Shown: positions 35,511 through 45,425, counted from the first letter of the stretch. The stretch is 64,000 nucleotides of DNA from Janthinobacterium lividum (GCA_050954665.1 JBPBPC010000044.1:18402-82401); one strand, 5' to 3'. Numbers and translations are program-made. The notes: generated by a model not told the origin, from the letters alone.

Positions 35511-37085
35511 ATGCTCAATGTTTTTACCTTAACGTTCTATCGGTTGCTAGCGCTACCGTTGCTGCTGAGCCCGCTGCTGGGGCACGCCCAACAAGCGGCT
35601 GCGGACGCCACTGCCGTTTCGGGGCCCGGCACGGCCGTGCTGACAGGGCGCGTAAGCAGCCCCAGCGACGACTCGGTGGCGGTATCGCTGCGCGACAACC
35701 CGCTTGACGCCAAGCCCCGCATTGTGCGCGCGGCCCTCAGCGGCAAAGGTGAATTTCGGCTCTCCATCCCTTTAACTGGTGCCACCAAGGCTGATTTGGT
35801 GTACGGCGATGACGTAGCCGCTTTATTCCTCGACGCAGGCACCGACTTGGACGTACGCTTCAAGGGCGATGACATGACTGGCTCGCTTAAGTTTAAGGCC
35901 AACAACTTGCCTGCTGGCGCATCGTCTAAAACGCGCGGTGGCAATGTGACCGATGAGCAGCGCCACCGCTTGCAAGCCGTCAACGCCAATTCTTACCTGG
36001 CCGAAGTGGACCAGCAATTTGTGGAAAACGATGGTTTTCAAGTGTTGCCCGATAACGTGCAACTCTACGAAACTCCGTTTCTGTCGTTTCTGGACTACCG
36101 CCGCAAACACGAACAGGAATTTTTGGAGGAACGCGCCGACAAGCAGGCGTTCACGACCGAATTTTATAAATATGCCAAGGCGGAGATTAATTATGCTTAC
36201 GCCAATGACCGCCTCACCTTCCAGGATTTGCGCGAGCAAGTAGTAAACACCGAGGGCCGCCTGAAGATGACGCCCACCTACTACGACTTCCTTAAGGACC
36301 CGTCCCTCATTAACAACGCCGACGCGGCGCAGAGCGAGTTGTACCACGAGTTTCTGGTGAACTACCTGCACTACGCGGCTGCCGCGGCCAATCACCAGCG
36401 TACCGACCCCGATTTTTACACCTACTCGTTTGCGCTGGCGGGCAAGGAGCTTACGGGGCCCATCCGGTCCATCATCCAAGGGCGGGTGCTGGAAGAGTCG
36501 TTCCGGTTCGGCCACGTGAAGCGCTCAACGGCCATGCTGGCTGAGTACCACGCCTCCGACCCGCAGAGTAAGTTCTACCCGACGTTGCTGGTCGACTTCA
36601 ACCAGCACAAGGATTTTGCCATTGGGGCCCCAGCGCCCAACTTCCGGTTGCCCACCGTGGCCGGCGATTCGGTAAACTTGCGCAACTACGTGGGCAAGCT
36701 GGTGTACCTCAACTTCTGGAAGTCAACCAATGGCTTGTGCCTCCGCGACTTGGTGTACGCTCAGGATTTGATTCACCGTTTTGAAAACAAGAACATCGTG
36801 TTCATCAACATCGCGCTTGACGAGAACGAGTCGGCTTGGCGGCAACTGGTGAAGTCCAAAAACCTGCCTGGCGTGCAGGCACGGGTGCCCGGCGGCGGCT
36901 TCCGTTCGCCCGTAGCCAAGGCCTACGCAGTGCAGGAAGTGCCGACATATTTTCTCATCGGCGAAGATGGCACCTTCCTCAATACCAAACCCAAACGCCT
37001 GAGCAGCCGCGCTGCCATTGACGAAATAAATCAGGCATTTGGCAAAGCCAGCACTTACACCAGTGCCCTTGAACCGGCGAAATAG
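35511..37085 (+). CDS. Thioredoxin-fold (TlpA/redoxin-like) protein with large N-terminal domain and degenerate active site
   Basis: Trimmed to ATG 35511 (signal ..LLGHAQQ). The C-terminal redoxin fold (FRLPTVAGDSVNLRNYVGKLVYLNFWKSTNGLC) has NGLC where WCGPC-type CXXC is expected. Confidence 0.75.
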   Translation: MLNVFTLTFYRLLALPLLLSPLLGHAQQAAADATAVSGPGTAVLTGRVSSPSDDSVAVSLRDNPLDAKPRIVRAALSGKGEFRLSIPLTGATKADLVYGDDVAALFLDAGTDLDVRFKGDDMTGSLKFKANNLPAGASSKTRGGNVTDEQRHRLQAVNANSYLAEVDQQFVENDGFQVLPDNVQLYETPFLSFLDYRRKHEQEFLEERADKQAFTTEFYKYAKAEINYAYANDRLTFQDLREQVVNTEGRLKMTPTYYDFLKDPSLINNADAAQSELYHEFLVNYLHYAAAAANHQRTDPDFYTYSFALAGKELTGPIRSIIQGRVLEESFRFGHVKRSTAMLAEYHASDPQSKFYPTLLVDFNQHKDFAIGAPAPNFRLPTVAGDSVNLRNYVGKLVYLNFWKSTNGLCLRDLVYAQDLIHRFENKNIVFINIALDENESAWRQLVKSKNLPGVQARVPGGGFRSPVAKAYAVQEVPTYFLIGEDGTFLNTKPKRLSSRAAIDEINQAFGKASTYTSALEPAK

Positions 37086-37124
37086 GGCCCCGGGGCCCCA
37101 CAGCCGCGCCGCGTAACTTTGCTC

Positions 37125-37161
37125 AGACGACGGAAGCCCCGCGCTTCCGTCGTCTTTTTTT
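37125..37161 (+). terminator. Rho-independent terminator
   Basis: 13-bp stem AGACGACGGAAGC / GCTTCCGTCGTCT, 5-nt loop, followed by TTTTTTT. Confidence 0.85.
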
Positions 37162-37203
37162 ATCAGTGGGGCCCCGAGCCCTGCGGTTTCTCATCCGGCT
37201 CTC

Positions 37204-38226
37204 ATGCACCCGCTCCTCGCCGATGGCCTCAACGTGCTATCCAAAACCACCCCGCGCCGCCTTTGGAACGCGGCCCAAGTGGTGGGCTCTTACCTGCTGA
37301 GCAAAGCCACCGGCCGGGCCCGCCACCGGGGCCTGCCTTTGGCCCTCAGCTTCGAGCCCACCACCAGCTGCAACCTGCGCTGCCCCGAGTGCCCCAGCGG
37401 CCTGCGTTCGTTCACGCGGCCCACGGGCATGCTGGCCGATGACCTATTCAAAAAAACCATCGACGAGGTAGCCAGCCGGCTGTGGTACCTGATTTTTTAT
37501 TTTCAGGGCGAGCCTTACCTACACCCGCACTTCCTAGAGTTGGTGCAGTACGCGGCTAGCAAGGGCATCTATACCGCTACCAGCACGAATGCCCACTACC
37601 TAACGGACCAGAACGCGCGCCGCACCGTGGAAAGCGGCTTGGACCGGCTCATTATTTCGCTCGACGGCACTACCCAGGAGGTGTACCAGCAGTACCGCGT
37701 GGGCGGCAAGCTGGCGAAGGTGCTTGAGGGCACGCGCAACATTGTGCGCTGGCGCAAAGAGTTGAAATCGAGCACGCCGCGCGTCATTTTCCAATTTTTG
37801 GTGGTGGGCCCCAACGAGCACCAAATTGCCGACGCCAAGCATTTGGCCAAGGCCATGGGCGTGGACGACGTATGGTTTAAAACCGCGCAGATCTACGACT
37901 ACCAGCACGGCTCACCTTTGATTCCCACCATCGACTACTACTCGCGCTACCAGAACAACCACAACGGCACTTGGAGCCTAAAAAACCGCCTTCTCAACCA
38001 CTGTTGGAAGATGTGGCACTCCTGCGTCATCACCTGGGACGGCCTCGTAGTACCTTGCTGCTTCGACAAAGATGCCGAATACCGCCTCGGCGACCTCAAA
38101 AACCAGTCGTTTACCAGCCTCTGGCAGGGGCAGAAGTACCAAGGGTTTCGCCAAGCCCTGCTCAAAGGCCGCGACCAAGTGGAGATGTGCCGTAACTGCA
38201 CCGAGGGCACGAAAGTGTGGGGATAG
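37204..38226 (+). CDS. Radical SAM / SPASM-domain protein
   Basis: CNLRCPECPSG (CX3CX2C cluster). C-terminal Cys-rich SPASM-like region: CWKMWHSCVITWDGLVVPCCFD .. CRNCTEG. Confidence 0.85.
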   Translation: MHPLLADGLNVLSKTTPRRLWNAAQVVGSYLLSKATGRARHRGLPLALSFEPTTSCNLRCPECPSGLRSFTRPTGMLADDLFKKTIDEVASRLWYLIFYFQGEPYLHPHFLELVQYAASKGIYTATSTNAHYLTDQNARRTVESGLDRLIISLDGTTQEVYQQYRVGGKLAKVLEGTRNIVRWRKELKSSTPRVIFQFLVVGPNEHQIADAKHLAKAMGVDDVWFKTAQIYDYQHGSPLIPTIDYYSRYQNNHNGTWSLKNRLLNHCWKMWHSCVITWDGLVVPCCFDKDAEYRLGDLKNQSFTSLWQGQKYQGFRQALLKGRDQVEMCRNCTEGTKVWG

Positions 38227-38328
38227 CTCAGGCTGCTGGCTACTTTTAATAGTTGACCAATGGCTGCCGGCTTTCGTCGGTAAAAAGCTAATATTCAGTA
38301 GTCGAAAGCCACTGCCACCCAAGAAAAG

Positions 38329-39333
38329 CTATGGCTGCCGCCCTTCCTCGCGGCCCGACTTCACGCTGCCGGGGCCCCCGCCGCCGGGGTTGGCAATGGA
38401 GTCGCGCATCTCGGTGTCGGCTTGCACGTTGCGCATTTTATAGTAGTCCATGATGCCGAGGTTGCCGCTGCGGAAAGCTTCGGCGATGGCCCGGGGAATT
38501 TCGGCTTCGGCTTCCACCACCTTGGCCTTGGCTTCCTGGGTTTTGGCGCGGTACTCTTGCTCCATGGCTACGGCCATGGCCCGGCGCTCTTCGGCGCGGG
38601 CTTCGGCCACGCGCAAGTCGGCGCTGGCCTGGTCGGTCTGGAGCTTGGCGCCGATGTTTTCGCCGATGTCAATGTCGGCAATGTCGATGCTGAGGATTTC
38701 GAAGGCCGTGCCGGCGTCCAAGCCCTTGTGCAGGACCAGCTTGGAGATTTTGTCGGGGTTTTCCAGCACCTCCTTGTGCGACACCGACGAACCGATGCTC
38801 GTCACGATGCCCTCGCCCACGCGGGCCAGGATGGTTTCTTCGCCGGCCCCGCCCACAAGTTGCGAGATGTTGGCCCGCACCGTAACGCGGGCAATGACGA
38901 TGAGTTGGATGCCGTCCTGGGCCACGGCGGCCACGTTGGGCGTGTTGATTACCTTGGGGTTGACGCTCGTCGTGACGGCCTCGAACACGTTGCGGCCGGC
39001 CAAGTCGATGGCCGTGGCTTGCTTAAAATCAAGCGGAATATTGGCCTTGTCGGCCGAAATCAGGGCCTTGATGACGCTGGGCACGTTGCCACCGGCCAAG
39101 TAGTGAGTTTCTAGTTCGTCGGCCGTCAGCCGCAGCCCTGCTTTGGTAGACGTGATCAAAGAGTTGACAATCAACGACGGCGGCACTTTGCGCACCCGCA
39201 TAAAGGCCAACTGCAACAAGCTCACCCGCACGCCCGAAAATAGCGCCGTGATCCAAAGGCTGACGGGGAAAAAGTACAGCAGCAACAGCAGCGCCACCGC
39301 CGCGACGATGAGGGGCAGGAAGGGGTAGTTCAT
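38329..39333 (-). CDS. floA: Flotillin-like protein FloA (SPFH domain, YqfA family)
   Basis: 334 aa. N-terminal hairpin anchor, then [18 protein letters not shown] .. [19 protein letters not shown] .. AIDLAGRNV, typical of FloA. Confidence 0.9.
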   Translation of the reverse strand: MNYPFLPLIVAAVALLLLLYFFPVSLWITALFSGVRVSLLQLAFMRVRKVPPSLIVNSLITSTKAGLRLTADELETHYLAGGNVPSVIKALISADKANIPLDFKQATAIDLAGRNVFEAVTTSVNPKVINTPNVAAVAQDGIQLIVIARVTVRANISQLVGGAGEETILARVGEGIVTSIGSSVSHKEVLENPDKISKLVLHKGLDAGTAFEILSIDIADIDIGENIGAKLQTDQASADLRVAEARAEERRAMAVAMEQEYRAKTQEAKAKVVEAEAEIPRAIAEAFRSGNLGIMDYYKMRNVQADTEMRDSIANPGGGGPGSVKSGREEGRQP

Positions 39334-39375
39334 GGCCGGAAGGTAAAACGGAATTTGGGGGCGTCGCCCGGGGCC

Positions 39376-39834
39376 CTACGCGCCCTCCACCACGATGCGG
39401 TTCTGCTCGATGCCCAGCACCCGCACCGCGCGGCCCGCGTCCAGGAACTCGCCGCGCGTCACGGCCTCGCGCCGCTCTTCGCCGAACAACACCGTGCCCG
39501 CTGGCCGCAGCGCCGACAGGGTGCGGCCCACCGTACCGGCCGGTACGTCGGCGCGGCGCACATCGCGCACCGAGCTTTCGTTTACCGTGTGCAACGCCGC
39601 CCGGGCTAAGTTTTTAGGCCGTAAGCCGAGGTAGAGAACCATCCCTGCCAGGGCCCCGGCGCTTGCCAATGCGTAATGCCCAGCGGGCGTGCCCAGGTCG
39701 CGGTAGCCCAGCCACACGCCCCACGCCAGTAGCGCAAACCCCACAAATCCTACCACCGTAGTGCCGGGAATAAAGATGACTTCGGCGGCTAAAAACAGCA
39801 GGCCGAACAGCAGGAGCAAGGCAACGGTGAGCAT
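39376..39834 (-). CDS. NfeD-family membrane protein
   Basis: First ATG at 39834 (an alternative TTG lies at 39858). Three TM segments precede a C-terminal OB-fold-like tail (VGRTLSALRPAGTVLFGEERREAVTRGEFLDAGRAVRVLGIE). It sits immediately upstream of floA, the classic nfeD-floA arrangement. Confidence 0.75.
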   Translation of the reverse strand: MLTVALLLLFGLLFLAAEVIFIPGTTVVGFVGFALLAWGVWLGYRDLGTPAGHYALASAGALAGMVLYLGLRPKNLARAALHTVNESSVRDVRRADVPAGTVGRTLSALRPAGTVLFGEERREAVTRGEFLDAGRAVRVLGIEQNRIVVEGA

Positions 39835-39918
39835 GGCGGGTGGGCGTAGGACCACCAAAAGATACGCCCGGGGCGCCGGATGGCAACCCAGGCGTAAAGT
39901 ACCGCCGGTTCCGGGGCC

Positions 39919-40407
39919 CTACTGGGCCGGAACGGCCTTGGCTTTGGTGTGGGTCAGGAAGGCGTTGAGCCGCCCGCCCGACGAAGTGATGCCCACAATG
40001 TCCAACAAGTCTTCGTAATACTCAGCTACTTGCATCCGATCGGTAGCGGTAGGCGTAAGGGGCGTAAGGGCGGCCAGGCTGTTGTCCAGTACTTGGAAGT
40101 ACGCATCTTCGGTGGGCCGGCCGCTCATGATTTGGGTGAAATCATCGGTCGACTCGGCCAGGATGTGCGCCACCTGCGGCCGGTTTTTGAAGGCTGCCAG
40201 TTCGCCGACCAGCGGCTGGATGGTGCCTTTCATTTTCACGAGCTTGCGGCTGGCATCCGTGCGCGTGGGCAGCACGGTAGCGGCCGGCATCGGCGACGCG
40301 ACGGCGATGAGGGGGGCGGCCGCAAGGTCGGGCGCGGCGGGGGCAGTGGTTTGGGCGTAGCCAGCCAGGGGCCCCAGCAATAAGAAGCAGAGTACAGGTT
40401 TGCGCAT
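39919..40407 (-). CDS. Hypothetical secreted protein
   Basis: 162 aa with signal MRKPVLCFLLLGPLAGYAQ. No family recognised. Confidence 0.6.
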   Translation of the reverse strand: MRKPVLCFLLLGPLAGYAQTTAPAAPDLAAAPLIAVASPMPAATVLPTRTDASRKLVKMKGTIQPLVGELAAFKNRPQVAHILAESTDDFTQIMSGRPTEDAYFQVLDNSLAALTPLTPTATDRMQVAEYYEDLLDIVGITSSGGRLNAFLTHTKAKAVPAQ

Positions 40408-40578
40408 AACTTCGGAAGCGGTAGAAAAGGAAAAGGGTTAAAGGCTCCGAAATATAAATAATTGTAAGGATAAGATAATTAGACTTGGCCAAAAAAAATA
40501 AAACGATAAAAGGCTGGCCCCGAAACAGCGTTCCAGAGCCAGCCTTTACAATCAATCTTTACCCAACAAAAACCTTGG

Positions 40579-42063
40579 TTAGTATGCCCGGGCAAAGTAA
40601 GCGCGGCGCAGGCTGGGGGCCCCCGTCACCATGCAGGTGCCGTCTTCGTCGGGCTCGGCCAGGGCTAGGCAACGCACGGTGGCCTTGGTCTCCTCTTTGA
40701 TGCGCTCCTCGGTTTCAGAGGTGCCATCGTAGTGCGCCAGTACGAAGCCGCCCTTCTCATCAAGCACCTGTTTGAATTCGTCGTAGCTGTCCACACGGGT
40801 CAGGTGCTGGTCGCGGTAGGCGCGGGCCTTCTGGTAGATGTTGGTTTGGATGTCGTTCAGCAGCTGGTCCACGGCGGCCACGATGTCGGCCAGCGGCAAG
40901 CTCATTTTCTGTTTGGTGTCGCGGCGGGCTACTTCCACAGTGCCGGCGTCGAGGTCGCGGGCCCCGATGGCCAAGCGCACGGGCACGCCCTTCAACTCCC
41001 ACTCGGCAAACTTGAAGCCGGGGCGCTCGGTATCGCGGGCGTCCACCTTCACCGAAATGCCGCGCGCAATCAATCCCTGCTGGATGGGCCGGATGCGCGC
41101 CATCAACGCATCCAGCTCGCCGGTTTTGTAAATGGGCACAATGACCACCTGAATGGGGGCCAGTTTGGGCGGCAGCACTAGGCCTTCGTCGTCGGAGTGG
41201 GCCATCACCAGGGCCCCCATCAAGCGGGTGCTCACGCCCCAGCTCGTGCCCCACACGTACTCGCGCACGCCGTCTTTGTTAGCAAACTGCACGTCGAAAG
41301 CCTTGGCGAAGTTCTGGCCCAGGAAGTGGCTGGTGCCGGCTTGCAGTGCCTTGCCGTCCTGCATCAGCGCCTCAATGCAATAGGTGTCCTCGGCCCCGGC
41401 GAAGCGTTCGCTGGGGGTTTTCACCCCCTTCACTACCGGAAGTGCCATGTGCTCTTCGGCAAACTCGGCGTACACGTCGAGCATCTGGCGGGTTTCGGCC
41501 ACGGCCTCTTCGGCGGTGGCGTGGGCAGTGTGCCCCTCCTGCCACAAAAACTCGGCGGTGCGCAGAAACAGGCGGGTGCGCATTTCCCAGCGCACCACGT
41601 TGGCCCACTGGTTGATGAGCAGGGGTAGGTCGCGGTAGCTTTGCACCCAGTTCTTGTAGGTGCTCCAGATGATGGCTTCCGAGGTGGGGCGTACCACCAA
41701 TTCTTCTTCGAGCTTGGCGGCAGGATCCACGCGCAATTTACCGGGCCGGTCAGGATCGGTTTGCAGGCGGTAGTGCGTCACCACGGCGCACTCTTTAGCG
41801 AAGCCTTCGGCGTTTTTCTCCTCGGCTTCAAACAGGCTTTTGGGGATAAAGATGGGGAAGTAGGCGTTTTCGTGGCCGGTCCGCTTGAACATGTCGTCCA
41901 ATTGGCGCTGCATTTTCTCCCAAATGGCGTAGCCGTAGGGCTTAATAACCATGCAGCCGCGCACAGCGGAATTTTCGGCCAAGCCCGCGCGCTTCACCAA
42001 GTCATTGTACCAGAGCGAATAATCTTCCGCGCGGGTGGGCAACTTTTTACTCATAATCGGCAT
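40579..42063 (-). CDS. proS: Proline--tRNA ligase (archaeal/eukaryote-like class II type)
   Basis: 494 aa (an alternative ATG lies at 42054). Blocks: [32 protein letters not shown], and a C-terminal Zn-domain-like end ..RRAYFARAY. Confidence 0.95.
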   Translation of the reverse strand: MPIMSKKLPTRAEDYSLWYNDLVKRAGLAENSAVRGCMVIKPYGYAIWEKMQRQLDDMFKRTGHENAYFPIFIPKSLFEAEEKNAEGFAKECAVVTHYRLQTDPDRPGKLRVDPAAKLEEELVVRPTSEAIIWSTYKNWVQSYRDLPLLINQWANVVRWEMRTRLFLRTAEFLWQEGHTAHATAEEAVAETRQMLDVYAEFAEEHMALPVVKGVKTPSERFAGAEDTYCIEALMQDGKALQAGTSHFLGQNFAKAFDVQFANKDGVREYVWGTSWGVSTRLMGALVMAHSDDEGLVLPPKLAPIQVVIVPIYKTGELDALMARIRPIQQGLIARGISVKVDARDTERPGFKFAEWELKGVPVRLAIGARDLDAGTVEVARRDTKQKMSLPLADIVAAVDQLLNDIQTNIYQKARAYRDQHLTRVDSYDEFKQVLDEKGGFVLAHYDGTSETEERIKEETKATVRCLALAEPDEDGTCMVTGAPSLRRAYFARAY

Positions 42064-42325
42064 CTAAGAAGGTAACTGCAATGGTTCCCAGAAGTGGTAC
42101 AACATTTGACCTAATCGACGGGCACCGTTTCGGGGTCAAATTACGTTATTAAACCACAGACCCGAACGGCCCTCTAACTTCCCGGAAATGTGCTGACTTA
42201 ATTCAGCCAACTCTTTCGGAAAATACCCGTTGAGAATGAGCCCCAGCACGGAGCTTCTTCACTAGGATTTCGCCACAGGAGTTGTTACTTTACGTCTAGT
42301 CTATTCCGTCTTTTTCCACTCGCTC

Positions 42326-43711
42326 ATGAAAACTCCGCTCACCGCCTATCTGCCTGCTTTGGCGCTTCTTGCGCTAGGCGGCTGCGCCGGAACCACGGCC
42401 GTCACCACGTCGGAGAACGACGGGGTGTATTATTCTTCCAACGACCACACCACAACCATTGCCACCGCGCCAGCGCAACGCTACACCCCGGTGCAGCAGG
42501 CTCCGTCGCAAGGGTACACCGGTTTGGCCGGGGCCCCGGCCACCGGTGCCGACGAGGCCACCAACCCCGACTACAACGGCAACACCGCCGCGGCTACTAC
42601 TTCTGGCTCGGATCAGTACTACGACGGGAGCACGGCCAATAGTTACGATCCCAACACCTCGTTGTTCAACCAGCCTTATACGGGCCCCGGCATGGGCGGC
42701 TACACACCCAACAGCCCCTACACTTCGTTGGGCTACGGCGGCGTCGACCCGTATGCCTACGGCGGTGGTTTTGGCGGCTATGGTTACGGCGGTTATGGTG
42801 GCCTATCGCCTTACAGCGCTTTCTATAGCCCGTTTTATAGCCCCTTTGGATTTGGCTACGGTTCGGGGCTGAGCATTGGTTTTGGTTTCGGTCGTTCCTT
42901 TGGGTACGGTGGCTATGGTGGCTATGGCTACGATCCTTTTTACAGCCCATTTTATAGCCCCTTCGGGTACGGTTTGGGCTATGGCCTGGGCGGGTACGGC
43001 TTGGGTGGCTACGGCGGCGGTTATTATGGCTACGGCAACAACTATCGCCGCAACGTGATCTACACTGGCAACGCTGGTGGCCGCGCCGATTACAACGGTG
43101 GTACTGGCAACACCGTGCTGGTGGGGCCCCGTGGCGAACGCTCGGCGGCGGCCTATGGCTCCCGCGGTGCTGCCAATGGTGGAACAATCCCCAACGGCAA
43201 CTCAGCTACTGCTGGTGGCCGCGGCACAATGAGCAATTCTGGTGTGGCACCGAGCGGCGTGACTACCAACGCGTCAACGGGGGGACGTTTCGACCGTTCG
43301 AGTGGAGGCAATGCGGCTGGCCAGTACGCTACGCCGACTAACATGGATCGGGGGGCTCGGGGCGGTAGCTTTGAGCGGTCAACTGGTCAGCCCCAAGGCC
43401 AACCGCAAAACATGAGTGGTCAAGCTCAGCAGGCCCAGCGCCACGGCTTCTTCCGCGATATGTTCAATGCGCCTACCAATGGTGCGAGCGGTGCACAGGG
43501 CCAAGCAGCCAACAATGGCTATAACCAGTCGCGTCAGCGCTCGTTTGAGCAGCCGCAACAGCGCTCATACCAGCAGCAACAGCAGCGACCTTCTTTTTCA
43601 CAACCTTCTAATGCTGGTTCGCGCAGCGGCTTTGGCGGTGGCGGCGGGTTTGGCGGCAGCAGTGGTGGTGGCGGCGGTGGCCGTAGCGGCGGTGGCCGGG
43701 GCCGGATGTAG
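42326..43711 (+). CDS. Low-complexity Gly/Tyr/Ser/Asn/Gln-rich lipoprotein (no recognisable fold)
   Basis: Lipobox LALLALGGC. GY/FG-rich core with a duplicated unit ..GYGGYGG..FYSPFYSPFG[FY]G... Then an N/G/S/R-rich region, a Q-rich region, and the tail GFGGGGGFGGSSGGGGGGRSGGGRGRM. A dedicated terminator follows. Confidence 0.7.
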   Translation: MKTPLTAYLPALALLALGGCAGTTAVTTSENDGVYYSSNDHTTTIATAPAQRYTPVQQAPSQGYTGLAGAPATGADEATNPDYNGNTAAATTSGSDQYYDGSTANSYDPNTSLFNQPYTGPGMGGYTPNSPYTSLGYGGVDPYAYGGGFGGYGYGGYGGLSPYSAFYSPFYSPFGFGYGSGLSIGFGFGRSFGYGGYGGYGYDPFYSPFYSPFGYGLGYGLGGYGLGGYGGGYYGYGNNYRRNVIYTGNAGGRADYNGGTGNTVLVGPRGERSAAAYGSRGAANGGTIPNGNSATAGGRGTMSNSGVAPSGVTTNASTGGRFDRSSGGNAAGQYATPTNMDRGARGGSFERSTGQPQGQPQNMSGQAQQAQRHGFFRDMFNAPTNGASGAQGQAANNGYNQSRQRSFEQPQQRSYQQQQQRPSFSQPSNAGSRSGFGGGGGFGGSSGGGGGGRSGGGRGRM

Positions 43712-43747
43712 CCGTTTGAACAACCACTTTCTGAGGCGTTTTTCTTT

Positions 43748-43778
43748 GCGAGCCGGCCCAACGGCCGGCTCGCTTTTT
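43748..43778 (+). terminator. Rho-independent terminator between the GY-rich lipoprotein gene and the barrel gene
   Basis: GCGAGCCGGCC / GGCCGGCTCGC with a 4-nt loop, followed by TTTTT. It ends 14 nt before the next ATG (43793). Confidence 0.8.
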
Positions 43779-43792
43779 ATTTCTATCCACAC

Positions 43793-45349
43793 ATGAAAAA
43801 ACGGATTTTATGGCTTTGCCTGGCCCTGGCAGTGGGGCAGGCCGGCCACGCCTTTGCCCAGGGGCCCGACGATGCTCTGCGCTATTCTCGGCTTCAATTT
43901 GGGGGCCCTGCCCGCACCCAGGGGATTGCGGGGGCCAACGTGGCGCTGGGGGCCGACTTTGGCAACCTCACTAGCAACCCAGCCGGTCTGGGATTCTACC
44001 AAAAGTCGGAAGTGCACGCGGGGTTGAGCGTGGGCATTGGAAATAGCAACAGTTCGCTAGACGGCAGCGGTAAGCTAAGCGACAACGCCAATAGCGTGAA
44101 CGTACCCAGCATTGGGCTGGTACTGGCCACGCGCCGTCCCGACAACGACCAGGGCTACTGGCGCGGCGGCGCGTTTGCGCTCGGCTTTACCCGCCTGGCC
44201 GACTATAATGTGGCCTCGAACTACTCAGGGAGCGTGACCGACAACCGCTCGTTTTTCCAATACCTGCGCGAGGGCGACCCTGGCCAGTTCGCTAATATCA
44301 ACAGTCAATTCAATAACAACCAATACACCAATATCGACGGCTTGGCCTACGCAGGCTACCTTACCGACCAATTAGTAACCAAGCGCAACCGAAATAACCC
44401 CAACGCGCCGGCCGACTCCATTGGCACACGCAACCGGATAGGAAATATTGCGCAGGGCGAGCGGATTGTATCGTCGGGCTCGCTGTCGCAATTCGATTTA
44501 GGCTACGGCGGCAACTACCGCGACAAGCTATACATCGGCGTGGGCCTGGGCATTGTGAGCAGTAACTACCGGCAGTCACGCGACTTTACGGAGGCAGAAA
44601 ATACAGCATCCACACCTTTCGTCAACTTGCTGTTGCACGACGAGTTGCACACCACTGGTACCGGCATCAACGGCCGGCTGGGCTTAATTTACCGGGTGGC
44701 CAACGCTGTGCGTTTGGGGGCCTCGGTGCAGACGCCTACCTTCATGCGCATGACCGATACGTACAGCACATCGCTGAACACCAACTACACGCCACAGGGT
44801 CAGACGGGCAATACCATCATTAGCAACGTATTCAACAGCACCGTTCCGGGGGCTTATGATTACACTATCACTACGCCGTTCCGGGCCAACGGGGGCGTGG
44901 CAGTCGTCATCGGTAAGTACGGCTTTGTGACCGGCGACGTGGAATACGTGGGCTACGGCCAAGCGCGCATCAACAACGACCCGAATGGTGCTAACGGCGA
45001 CAATAGCTCATTTGCCGCGCAAAACCAGCGTATCCAGGAACTGTACCGCAACACCGTCAATTTCCGGGTGGGGGCCGAGGGCCGGTTCGACATCTTCCGG
45101 GCGCGCCTAGGGTTTGCCACCTACGGCGACCCCTACAAGACCAACAGCACCGGCACCAAAGGTGCCCAGAACTTCTATACCGCGGGCCTGGGCCTGCGGC
45201 AAAAGAGCCTGTTCGTTGACGTGGCCGGGGTGTACACTACCTTCGACCGCAACTATTCGCCTTACACCCTTAACAGCGGCCAAGAGCCGGTTGCAACGGT
45301 TAACAACACCCGCTTCACGACCAGCGTCACGGCAGGGCTAATTTTCTAA
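43793..45349 (+). CDS. Outer-membrane beta-barrel protein, FadL/OmpP1/PorV-like
   Basis: Signal MKKRILWLCLALAVGQAGHAFAQ. N-terminal block ALRYSRLQFGGPARTQGIAGANVALGADFGNLTSNPAGLG. Alternating beta-strand pattern with C-terminal aromatic residue (..TAGLIF). Confidence 0.7.
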   Translation: MKKRILWLCLALAVGQAGHAFAQGPDDALRYSRLQFGGPARTQGIAGANVALGADFGNLTSNPAGLGFYQKSEVHAGLSVGIGNSNSSLDGSGKLSDNANSVNVPSIGLVLATRRPDNDQGYWRGGAFALGFTRLADYNVASNYSGSVTDNRSFFQYLREGDPGQFANINSQFNNNQYTNIDGLAYAGYLTDQLVTKRNRNNPNAPADSIGTRNRIGNIAQGERIVSSGSLSQFDLGYGGNYRDKLYIGVGLGIVSSNYRQSRDFTEAENTASTPFVNLLLHDELHTTGTGINGRLGLIYRVANAVRLGASVQTPTFMRMTDTYSTSLNTNYTPQGQTGNTIISNVFNSTVPGAYDYTITTPFRANGGVAVVIGKYGFVTGDVEYVGYGQARINNDPNGANGDNSSFAAQNQRIQELYRNTVNFRVGAEGRFDIFRARLGFATYGDPYKTNSTGTKGAQNFYTAGLGLRQKSLFVDVAGVYTTFDRNYSPYTLNSGQEPVATVNNTRFTTSVTAGLIF

Positions 45350-45364
45350 AATATTCTGTTTTAA

Positions 45365-45409
45365 CGCCCAACGGGGCCCCCAGCAACTTGCTGGGGGCCC
45401 CGTTGGGCG
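45365..45409. terminator. Bidirectional hairpin between convergent genes
   Basis: Perfect 21-bp stem (CGCCCAACGGGGCCCCCAGCA / TGCTGGGGGCCCCGTTGGGCG) with a 3-nt loop. Confidence 0.7.
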
Positions 45410-45425
45410 CAACGGTATACCATAA

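Noticed and set aside
38227-38328. Possible precursor-peptide ORF or terminator between the radical SAM/SPASM gene and floA.
   Set aside because: Only a weak 8-bp inverted repeat with a 26-nt loop (38269-38276 / 38303-38310) is present. No short ORF with a start codon and peptide-like sequence was found.
42459-43796. Alternative-frame ORFs inside or opposite the GY-rich lipoprotein gene (e.g. 42459-42872 Pro/Thr/Ala-rich, 42666-43187 minus, 43416-43796), considered as the true coding frame or as dual coding.
   Set aside because: Only the 42326 frame has a start with a lipoprotein signal peptide, runs uninterrupted for 461 codons, and is followed by a dedicated terminator. The other frames lack starts with export signals and are by-products of the GGN/TAY-rich repeats. 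Residual uncertainty is noted in the finding.
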